Below are positions 7,147-14,251 of a DNA stretch of 61,227 nucleotides, piece after piece. Source of the DNA: an uncultured Candidatus Saccharibacteria bacterium (GTDB lineage Bacteria; Patescibacteriota; Minisyncoccia; Phycocordibacterales; SBAW01); NCBI GenBank assembly GCA_964482995.1, contig CAYZZC010000003.1, forward strand, positions 1 to 61,227, written 5' to 3'. A program made the position numbers and the translations under genes. Each line of letters begins with the position of its first letter. Position 1 is the first letter of the stretch. The notes under the pieces are model-generated. The model had not been told where the DNA came from and did not search any database. It was given only the letters and a program-made list of their open reading frames with translations.

Positions 7147-7272
7147 CCCCCTCTGCCTTTCGGCAGAATTAAAAAGAAATTTCCTTCCTACTTTTTACTA
7201 TATAAAGATTTATATGTCAATATAACCACTAGTCTGCTGTTAAAGGAGCCTTAATTTGTTAGGATAAACTCT

Positions 7273-9444
7273 ATGCAAGAGAAGTTTAAAAAACCTTACG
7301 ACCATACCACTACCGAGGCGGCTATATATAAAAAGTGGGAGGACTCGGGCTACTTTAACCCCGACAATTTGCCCCATCGACTAGACGCTCAGGGTAAGTG
7401 GGTAGAGCGCACGGAGCCTTTCTCTATCGTGCTCCCCCCGCCCAACGTCACCGGCACACTCCACCTGGGCCACGCTTATGAAGACGCGCTCCAAGACGCT
7501 TTTGTGCGCTTTGCCCGCATGCAGGGCAAGAAGGCTCTGTGGGTCCCCGGCACCGACTCTGCCGCTATCGCCACCCAATCTAAAGTAGAAGGCGAATTAT
7601 ATAAAAAAGAAAAGAAGACCCGCTATGATATCGGCCGCGAGGAGCTTCTCAAACGCATAGAAGTGTTTACCGAGGAGAGTAAAAACACCATCCTTAACCA
7701 AGTGCGCCGCATGGGCTCAAGCCTCGACTGGAGCCGCTTTGCCTACACGATGGATGCACAGCGCTACAGTGCGGTAATGGAGGCCTTTGTGCGCATGTAT
7801 GACGCGGGGCTTGTCTACCGCGGCGACCGCATCGTTAACTGGGACCCGAAACTCCAAACCACCGTCTCAGACGATGAGATCGAGCATGTCGAGGAGACAA
7901 CCCCCTTCTACTATTTTAAATACGGGCCGTTCGTTATCGGCACCGTGCGCCCCGAAACAAAGTTTGGCGACAAGTATGTCGTGATGCATCCAGACGATGC
8001 GCGCTACAAACAGTATGCGCATGGGCAAAAGATAGAGCTCGAGTGGATCAACGGGCCGGTGGTGGCAACCGTTATTAAAGACGAAGCCGGAGACATGGAG
8101 TTTGGCACCGGTGTGATGACTATCACCCCCGCGCACTCTGGTGTCGACTTTGAGATCGCGCAGCGGCATGGGCTTGATATCGAGCGCGTGATAGACGACC
8201 GCGGGATCCTCCTCCCTATCGCGGGCGAGTTCCAGGGCCAACATATTAAAAAAGCGCGTGCCGCGATTGTAGAAAAGATGAAGGCAAAAGGCCTTATTGA
8301 AAAGATAGACGAAGCCTACACGCACAATATTGCAACCAACAGCCGCGGCGGTGGCACCATTGAACCGCAGATAAAACTGCAGTGGTTTGTCGCGGTCAAT
8401 AAAGAGTTTACAAAAGACGGAAAAACCACAACGCTAAAAGAGCTTATGCAAGAGGCGGTGCGCAGTGGTGCGGTTAAAATTTTGCCAGATCATTTTGAAA
8501 AGATTTACTATCACTGGATCGACAACTTGCGCGACTGGTGCATCTCGCGCCAAATCTGGTTTGGGCATCGTATCCCCGCTTGGTACAAGGGTGATGAAAT
8601 AAAAATTAGTATCAACTCCCCCGGAGATGGTTGGGAGCAAGACCCTGACACGCTCGACACGTGGTTCTCCTCAGCGTTGTGGCCCTTCTCAACACTCGGC
8701 TGGCCCAAAGAGACAAAAGACCTCAAGACCTACTACCCAGGCGCGCTTATGGCGCCGGGCTATGAAATCCTCTTCTTTTGGGTAGCGCGCATGATACTCA
8801 TGAGCGGTTTCCTTCTTGGCTCAACGCCGTTTAAAACAGTCTTCCTCCACGGGATGGTGCGCGACAAAAACGGCAAAAAGTTTAGCAAATCGCTCGGCAA
8901 CGGCATCGACCCTATTGAGATGATCGACCGGTATGGTGCGGACGCTCTGCGTATGTCGCTTTTGGTGGGGGCGGCGGCAGGCAATGATATTAAATTTGAT
9001 GAATCACGGGTTAAGGGCTACAAGCTCTTCTCTAACAAACTCTGGAATGTGGCGCGGTTTATCCTCGAGGGCGCAGAAGGCGCGGCGCCTACAACACTCA
9101 ACGAGGCCGACAAGAAGCTGCGCGATGAGTGCGACGCGCTTGTCGCAGATGTAACGCTAGACCTCACCCAGTACCGTGTATATATGGCCGCCGAGAAGCT
9201 CTACCACTATGTGTGGGACCGCCTTGCAGCCGAGATACTTGAGGAGAGCAAACCTATCCTTAAAGGCGCAGATGAGGCGGCAAAATCATCGCGGCAAACG
9301 CTCTTACTCTCCCTTCTTTCAGACTCTCTCAAGCTGCTACACCCATTTATGCCGTTTGTAACAGAAGAGGTCTGGAGCTCCATGCCGGGCACTAAAGATT
9401 TGTTGATGGTTGAACGATGGCCATCCAAAAATAAGGAGGCTTAG
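7273..9444 (+). CDS. valS: Valine--tRNA ligase (short form, no C-terminal coiled coil)
   Basis: PPPNVTGTLHLGHA (HIGH region), KFSKS (KMSKS), and the typical WCISRQ..WGH motif. 723 aa. The last codons and stop lie inside repeat E copy 3. Confidence 0.9.
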   Translation: MQEKFKKPYDHTTTEAAIYKKWEDSGYFNPDNLPHRLDAQGKWVERTEPFSIVLPPPNVTGTLHLGHAYEDALQDAFVRFARMQGKKALWVPGTDSAAIATQSKVEGELYKKEKKTRYDIGREELLKRIEVFTEESKNTILNQVRRMGSSLDWSRFAYTMDAQRYSAVMEAFVRMYDAGLVYRGDRIVNWDPKLQTTVSDDEIEHVEETTPFYYFKYGPFVIGTVRPETKFGDKYVVMHPDDARYKQYAHGQKIELEWINGPVVATVIKDEAGDMEFGTGVMTITPAHSGVDFEIAQRHGLDIERVIDDRGILLPIAGEFQGQHIKKARAAIVEKMKAKGLIEKIDEAYTHNIATNSRGGGTIEPQIKLQWFVAVNKEFTKDGKTTTLKELMQEAVRSGAVKILPDHFEKIYYHWIDNLRDWCISRQIWFGHRIPAWYKGDEIKISINSPGDGWEQDPDTLDTWFSSALWPFSTLGWPKETKDLKTYYPGALMAPGYEILFFWVARMILMSGFLLGSTPFKTVFLHGMVRDKNGKKFSKSLGNGIDPIEMIDRYGADALRMSLLVGAAAGNDIKFDESRVKGYKLFSNKLWNVARFILEGAEGAAPTTLNEADKKLRDECDALVADVTLDLTQYRVYMAAEKLYHYVWDRLAAEILEESKPILKGADEAAKSSRQTLLLSLLSDSLKLLHPFMPFVTEEVWSSMPGTKDLLMVERWPSKNKEA

Positions 9445-9486
9445 CGACTATATTTTTGGTGTGTGCGGGGAGTCTTCGAGACCGTG
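9425..9486 (+). repeat. Intergenic repeat family E, copy 3
   Basis: CCAAAAATAAGGAGGCTTAGCGACTATATTTTTGGTGTGTGCGGGGAGTCTTCGAGACCGTG. Confidence 0.75.
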
Positions 9487-9508
9487 CAAGCAATGCTATA
9501 CTGTTTGC

Positions 9509-10225
9509 ATGCTCTCTCCGGCTCTGTTTGTTGCGTTTTTAGTCGGCATACTCCCCGCATTGCTTTGGCTTGCCTTTTGGCTCCTTGAGGATCGCCTCCA
9601 CCCAGAGCCAAAGCGGTATATCTTTTTCTGTTTTGTTGCGGGGATGATTTTGGTTGTGCCGTTTAGTATTGGAGGCCAATTGTTTGGTATAGTGCTCCCG
9701 CTTGAGAAGCTCGCGCTCGCACACTTTTCAGGCATTAGCCTCCTCTTTGTGTGGGCTGTTATCGAGGAGTTAGCAAAATTTGCCGCTGCCTATGTGATAG
9801 CGTTGCGCTCGCGGGTGTTTGACGAGCCGCTCGACGCGATTATCTATATGGTGACTGTAGCGCTTGGCTTTTCTGCCGCAGAAAATGCGCTGTTTTTGAT
9901 GAGCCCTATTGTGGATGGCAATATATTGAAAACTTTAATGGTCGGCGACCTGCGTTTTATCGGCGCGACACTGCTTCATACCCTTTCTTCGGCGATTATA
10001 GGCGTCGCGCTGGCATACACTTTTTATCAGAGCCTCTCTACCAAGGCTTGGGCAGTTATAGGCGGAGTTGTCCTTGCCGTTGTCTTGCATACGTTATTTA
10101 ATTTTTTTATACTAAAAGCAGGAAGTGCGGCAACATTCTGGATCTTCCTGATTATATGGCTCGGTATCACCGCGGTTTTGCTTGGTGTCGAGCGAGTCAA
10201 AAAACCAGTTCCTATCTATTCGTAA
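9509..10225 (+). CDS. PrsW-family intramembrane metalloprotease
   Basis: Multi-TM protein with EELAKF, FSAAENALF and HTLSSAIIG motifs. Start moved to MLSPALF (9509) to avoid overlapping valS and the repeat. Confidence 0.75.
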   Translation: MLSPALFVAFLVGILPALLWLAFWLLEDRLHPEPKRYIFFCFVAGMILVVPFSIGGQLFGIVLPLEKLALAHFSGISLLFVWAVIEELAKFAAAYVIALRSRVFDEPLDAIIYMVTVALGFSAAENALFLMSPIVDGNILKTLMVGDLRFIGATLLHTLSSAIIGVALAYTFYQSLSTKAWAVIGGVVLAVVLHTLFNFFILKAGSAATFWIFLIIWLGITAVLLGVERVKKPVPIYS

Positions 10226-10243
10226 TTTTAGTATCATTGTTTT

Positions 10244-10765
10244 ATGGCACGCGACAAAAAATCTATATTTGACTGGCTCACAGGCGCGGGTGCTGAGCAG
10301 GATTACTCTTTTGATGATTTAGACAGTGGTTCGGGCTTTCTCCCACCGCGTGCAGGCGCAAAACGCCAAGCACCCGCCGCTCCTAAACGCGGCCAAGAGC
10401 TAGAGCGCGATGAAGAGTTTGTAGAAGAGGCTGTCGAGGGAGAGCTTTCGGTAGATGTCTACCAAACGCCGACTCATATCGTGATCAAAGCTATGATCGC
10501 CGGAGTACGCCCTGAGGACCTCGATGTTTCGATAACCCGCGATATGGTAACTATCCGCGGTAAGCGCGAGCAACACACGGAGGGCACCACGGGAGACTTC
10601 TTCTTCCAGGAGCTGTACTGGGGCTCATTTGCACGCACTATAGTGCTCCCGCAGGAGGTAGAGATAGAGGAGGCCGAGGCTGTAGAGAAGCATGGGCTCC
10701 TCATTATCCGTCTCCCCAAGATGGACAAGGGCCGCCAAGCTAAATTGAAAGTTCGCTCAAACTAA
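10244..10765 (+). CDS. Hsp20/alpha-crystallin small heat-shock protein
   Basis: C-terminal alpha-crystallin domain: LSVDVYQT...IKAMIAGVRPEDLDVSI...FARTIVLPQEVE...GLLIIRLPK. Confidence 0.85.
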   Translation: MARDKKSIFDWLTGAGAEQDYSFDDLDSGSGFLPPRAGAKRQAPAAPKRGQELERDEEFVEEAVEGELSVDVYQTPTHIVIKAMIAGVRPEDLDVSITRDMVTIRGKREQHTEGTTGDFFFQELYWGSFARTIVLPQEVEIEEAEAVEKHGLLIIRLPKMDKGRQAKLKVRSN

Positions 10766-10783
10766 AGTAGAATCCTCAAGCAC

Positions 10784-10856
10784 GCTTGGGTAGCTCAGTT
10801 GGTAGAGCATCTCCCTGAAGAGGAGGGGGTCGCCGGTTCGATCCCGGCCCCAAGCA
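10784..10856 (+). tRNA. tRNA-Phe (anticodon GAA)
   Basis: Acceptor GCTTGGG/CCCAAGC, anticodon loop CTGAAGA, T-arm GCCGG-TTCGATC-CCGGC. Confidence 0.9.
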
Positions 10857-10928
10857 CCTAAAAATAAGAAGGTTATGCGACTATATTTTTAGTGTGTGCG
10901 GGGAGCCTCGCTCCGAGGCGAGACCGTG
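10857..10928 (+). repeat. Intergenic repeat family E, copy 4 (starts at the tRNA-Phe 3' end)
   Basis: CCTAAAAATAAGAAGGTTATGCGACTATATTTTTAGTGTGTGCGGGGAG-hairpin(GCCTCG..CGAGGC)-GAGACCGTG. Confidence 0.75.
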
Positions 10929-10937
10929 CACCTAGTT

Positions 10938-11207
10938 TTACTGCCCTAGTGGTTGAGAGAGAAATCCTTGCGCCTTTTGCTGCAACCCTTGGATATCTCC
11001 ATACAGGGTTAGTATTTGGTTTATATAGGGTTGAAAGTAGATGTAGCTATAAAACGATGCGCCGACAATAACCGCTATCCAGAGCAAGCGCATGAGGCGA
11101 GACACCAACGCACTGCGGCGGATAGAGTGGAGCATTTTATTGTTCTCCTGCGTGAGGGTGATATTTTGCCGCACCAACTCTTTAAGCTCTTCTATTTGCG
11201 GGTCCAT
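10938..11207 (-). CDS. Hypothetical small membrane protein (coiled-coil plus one TM)
   Basis: 89-aa ORF with a clear TM segment LLWIAVIVGASFYSYIYF. No family recognised. Confidence 0.45.
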   Translation of the reverse strand: MDPQIEELKELVRQNITLTQENNKMLHSIRRSALVSRLMRLLWIAVIVGASFYSYIYFQPYINQILTLYGDIQGLQQKAQGFLSQPLGQ

Positions 11208-11262
11208 GTTAAAAGTATACCAGACGTGTTAGATTTCTTTTATTGCCTGCCTGCGCAGGCAA

Positions 11263-11334
11263 GCCGCCATAGCTCAATGGATAGAGCAGTCCCGTCCTAA
11301 GGGAACGATGTGGGTTCGATTCCTGCTGGTGGCA
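11263..11334 (+). tRNA. tRNA-Arg (anticodon CCT)
   Basis: Acceptor GCCGCCA/TGGTGGC (one G-U pair), anticodon loop GTCCTAA, T-loop TTCGATT. Confidence 0.8.
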
Positions 11335-11344
11335 CAAGTAAGAG

Positions 11345-11587
11345 TTACGCTGCAATCCCCAATTTCTGAGCGAGGCGCTCGCGGGAGAAACCAACAGAGA
11401 TGTCGCCGTCTATAACGATAACCGGCACACCGAGCTGCCCGGTGAGCTTTATCATCTCCGCGCGCTTGGCGGCATCGCTCGCAACGTCATAGGCGGTATA
11501 CTCGATACCCTTCTCGGCAAAAAAATCCTTTGCCATTTGGCAAAAGTGGCAGGTCGGGGTCGAGTAGATCGTGACGTGTTTATCCAT
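11345..11587 (-). CDS. Glutaredoxin-like protein (NrdH/YruB type)
   Basis: VTIYSTPTCHFCQMAKDFF with a CxxC redox motif. 80 aa. Confidence 0.85.
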   Translation of the reverse strand: MDKHVTIYSTPTCHFCQMAKDFFAEKGIEYTAYDVASDAAKRAEMIKLTGQLGVPVIVIDGDISVGFSRERLAQKLGIAA

Positions 11588-11654
11588 ATAATTTATTTGT
11601 TATTACTTTTCTTTCAGTATACCATAGCTGTCAAGCCCAAAGAAAATTGGGCAC

Positions 11655-11728
11655 GCGGGATTAGTTCAGTGGCAGAACGAGTGCTTCCCAAGCATTAGGC
11701 GCGAGTTCGATTCTCGCATCCCGCACCA
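11655..11728 (+). tRNA. tRNA-Gly (anticodon CCC), CCA encoded
   Basis: Acceptor GCGGGAT/ATCCCGC, anticodon loop TTCCCAA, T-arm GCGAG-TTCGATT-CTCGC, 3' ACCA. Confidence 0.9.
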
Positions 11729-11750
11729 AAAAATAAGGAGCGAAACCGTG
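11726..11750 (+). repeat. Degenerate or minimal copy of repeat E at the tRNA-Gly 3' end
   Basis: CCAAAAAATAAGGAGCGAAACCGTG keeps both ends of the family but lacks the central part. Confidence 0.4.
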
Positions 11751-11761
11751 CCCCCCTATGG

Positions 11762-12154
11762 TTACCAGATAAAAAACGAGCGGACGGTGCGCAAAAATAT
11801 ATTACCTTTATCAATTACCAGCTCTTCAGGAGAGCTGTCTTTGCGGACAATCTGTATAGCCCCTTCCCCAGGGAGGGCCACACCAAAGCGTTCTCTGATT
11901 TCGCGCTCGACACCCTCTGACGATTCAAACGATGTCACGGCGGCAGCAAGACGTGCGTGGTCGGCTTTGAGTGAGGTGAGCTGGCTCTCTGCGCTCGTGC
12001 GCGCGTCTGCTGCTACAGTAAATGTGTCGTACATCCCCCACGCGGCACGCACCATCACCACAGTAAGTAAAAAGAGCAGTAGTGTCCCCATACCAGAAAC
12101 AAAAAATTTGAGGATTGTTGAGCCAATTGGTTGTCGCTTTTTGAAATCTCGCAT
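11762..12154 (-). CDS. FtsB/DivIC-like septum formation initiator (tentative)
   Basis: One N-terminal TM followed by a coiled coil (SQLTSLKADHARLAAAV...EREIRERFG). Start set at MRDFKKRQ. The upstream part of the ORF looks non-coding. Confidence 0.5.
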   Translation of the reverse strand: MRDFKKRQPIGSTILKFFVSGMGTLLLFLLTVVMVRAAWGMYDTFTVAADARTSAESQLTSLKADHARLAAAVTSFESSEGVEREIRERFGVALPGEGAIQIVRKDSSPEELVIDKGNIFLRTVRSFFIW

Positions 12155-12315
12155 ATATGTTAAGGTGTTTGTATGTTTGGAATGTTTGGGAAAAACCGCG
12201 ACCGCTACAATAAGATATTCTCCTGGGTGATAGGGGTGTCTGTCATTGTCAGCATGTTGTTGGCATATTTTGCGTTGCTTATCTAACCCCACCATTTGGA
12301 CCTAAGGCGAGCAAA

Positions 12316-12346
12316 CTAAAAAGGCCGCCCCGATTAATCGGGCGTC
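12316..12346 (-). terminator. Intrinsic terminator after lepA
   Basis: On the minus strand, hairpin CGCCCGATT-AATCGGGGCG followed by GCCTTTTT. Confidence 0.55.
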
Positions 12347-12428
12347 CCTGTGTTTAGATACTACACCCTGTGGCCTCAAGCCCCAAGTGCCTTATATGTG
12401 GATATCCTTATAAAGGAAAAAACGGAGG

Positions 12429-14246
12429 CTAGTCGCTTTTTATCATCTTTAAAAAGACATCTTCGGGGATGTTTACGTTGCCTCGGCCAAGCTCCTTCAT
12501 CTTTGCCTTACCCTCCTTTTGCTTCTTCCAGAGCTTCATCTTGCGGGTCCTGTCGCCACCGTACATGTGCTGCGTCACGTTTTTACTCATGGCTGGGAGA
12601 GTCCTCGAGGAGATGATCCTGCCGAGCGCCACCCCTTGGATCTTTGTGGCAAACATCTGCCGCGGCAAGATACCATACAACTTTTCTACCGCAGCTATCG
12701 CCTCTTCGTCTACGCGGTGTTTGGCAACAACGCGAGAGAAAGCAGCTACCGGCTCCTCTGCCACTAAAATGTCGAGCCGCGCTACATCGGCCAGCCGGAG
12801 CTCCCGCATCTCGTAGGAGATAGAGGCATAGCCTGCAGAAATACTTTTCATCTTGTCGAAGAAGTTGCGCATCAACTCCCGCAGAGGCATCACCACCCGT
12901 ATCATCATCCTTCCTTCTGAGAAGGTGTCTGTCGACTCTATGGTGGCCTCATGCTCAAACAAAAGCGGCGTTATGCTGCCCGCCTGCTCTGCTGGTAAAA
13001 TTATTTCTGCCAAAACAAACGGCTCCCACACCCGCGCAATTTCATTGTACGGAGGAAATGCCGACGGCGAGTATATAGTGCGGCGCACGCCATCACTTGT
13101 CTCCACTTCATAAGTGATAGTGGGGGTTGTCACCACAAGCGAGAGATTAAACTCGCGCTTAAGACGCTCGGTGATTATCTCAAGGTGGAGCATCCCCAAG
13201 AGCCCGCAGCGGAAACCTCTCCCGAGTACTCCAGAAGACTCTTCCTCAAAAGAGAGCGACGAGTCGGAGAGCCGCAGCCGCGAGAGCGATTGTTTAAGAG
13301 CAGTAAAATCATCTTGCGACTCTGGGTAGATACTCGCCCACACCACAGGCTTTGGCTCTGCATAACCGGAGAGTGCGGGGGTTTGTGCTGCGCGTGCACG
13401 GATAGTGTCTCCTACGCGCGCAACACCAGGCTCTTTAATGCCAGTAACGATATAGCCGATAGAACCCGCGCCAAGCTCTGCTGCTGGAGTGGGTTTAGGA
13501 GAAAATGTGCCGACCTCAAGAGCATTAAAACGGCGGCCACTTATAGCAAACTCTAATGCGTCTCCTTTTTGTATAGTGCCGCCAAACATACGCAAATATA
13601 CAATCACTCCTTGGTGGTCGGAGTATTGAAAATCAAAAATAAGCGCTTGCGTGGCAAGGCTCGACTTGGGAGATCCTTGAGCTAATGTCGGGCCTTGGCT
13701 TGGCGGTGGCACGCGCTCAATAACCGCAGCGAGCAGCTCCCCTACCCCCTCGCCAGTTCTTCCTGAGCATAAAAGGATTTCGCTTTCAGGGATCTCGAGC
13801 AATTTTGACACCTGCACTTTTACTTTTTCTATCTCGGCGAGCGGCGAATCGATTTTAGAAATCGCAGGGATGATCGAGAGCCCTAGCTCGCGTGCGCTGC
13901 GCAGCGTAGTGAGCGTCTGTGCCTGCACCCCCTGGGTCGCATCTACCAAAAGGATAGCCCCCTCAACCGCAGTGAGCGCACGCGACACCTCGTAGGAGAA
14001 GTCGATGTGGCCCGGTGTATCGATCAGGTTAAGTTCGTAAGGAGTTGCTTTGTGGGTGTACACCATGCGCACCGGCTGCATCTTGATCGTGATCCCGCGC
14101 TCGCGCTCGAGCTCCATAGAGTCGAGCACTTGGTCGCGCATCTTACGCTTTTCTATCGTGCCGGTATGCTCAAGCAAACGGTCGGCAAGAGTCGACTTGC
14201 CGTGGTCTATATGGGCAATAATGGAGAAATTTCTTATGTGTTGCAT
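12429..14246 (-). CDS. lepA: Elongation factor 4 (LepA)
   Basis: IRNFSIIAHIDHGKSTLADRLLE G-domain and full-length LepA architecture. 605 aa. Confidence 0.95.
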   Translation of the reverse strand: MQHIRNFSIIAHIDHGKSTLADRLLEHTGTIEKRKMRDQVLDSMELERERGITIKMQPVRMVYTHKATPYELNLIDTPGHIDFSYEVSRALTAVEGAILLVDATQGVQAQTLTTLRSARELGLSIIPAISKIDSPLAEIEKVKVQVSKLLEIPESEILLCSGRTGEGVGELLAAVIERVPPPSQGPTLAQGSPKSSLATQALIFDFQYSDHQGVIVYLRMFGGTIQKGDALEFAISGRRFNALEVGTFSPKPTPAAELGAGSIGYIVTGIKEPGVARVGDTIRARAAQTPALSGYAEPKPVVWASIYPESQDDFTALKQSLSRLRLSDSSLSFEEESSGVLGRGFRCGLLGMLHLEIITERLKREFNLSLVVTTPTITYEVETSDGVRRTIYSPSAFPPYNEIARVWEPFVLAEIILPAEQAGSITPLLFEHEATIESTDTFSEGRMMIRVVMPLRELMRNFFDKMKSISAGYASISYEMRELRLADVARLDILVAEEPVAAFSRVVAKHRVDEEAIAAVEKLYGILPRQMFATKIQGVALGRIISSRTLPAMSKNVTQHMYGGDRTRKMKLWKKQKEGKAKMKELGRGNVNIPEDVFLKMIKSD

Positions 14247-14251
14247 CTGTT

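Larger units (their letters stand above)
4733..7225 (-). mobile_element. IS110-like recombinase locus with flanking structured-RNA module array (element ends not defined)
   Basis: 2.5 kb insert between two universal genes. It holds one IS110-like ORF plus four copies or part-copies of a ~306-nt module. No terminal inverted repeats were seen, as expected for IS110-type elements. Confidence 0.5.

Noticed and set aside
6585-7160. Tandem repeats considered as a CRISPR array (also 87..216)
   Set aside because: The repeat period is about 340 nt (and about 64 nt at 87..216), with no short direct repeats separated by unique spacers of 25-40 nt. No cas genes are in the window.
6284-7225. Small ORFs over the upstream module array (6381..6626, 6432..6617, 6518..6763, 6765..6968, 6956..7225)
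   Set aside because: The reason is the same: the sequence is explained by RNA helices with tetraloops. The reading frames are not conserved between the 340-nt tandem units.
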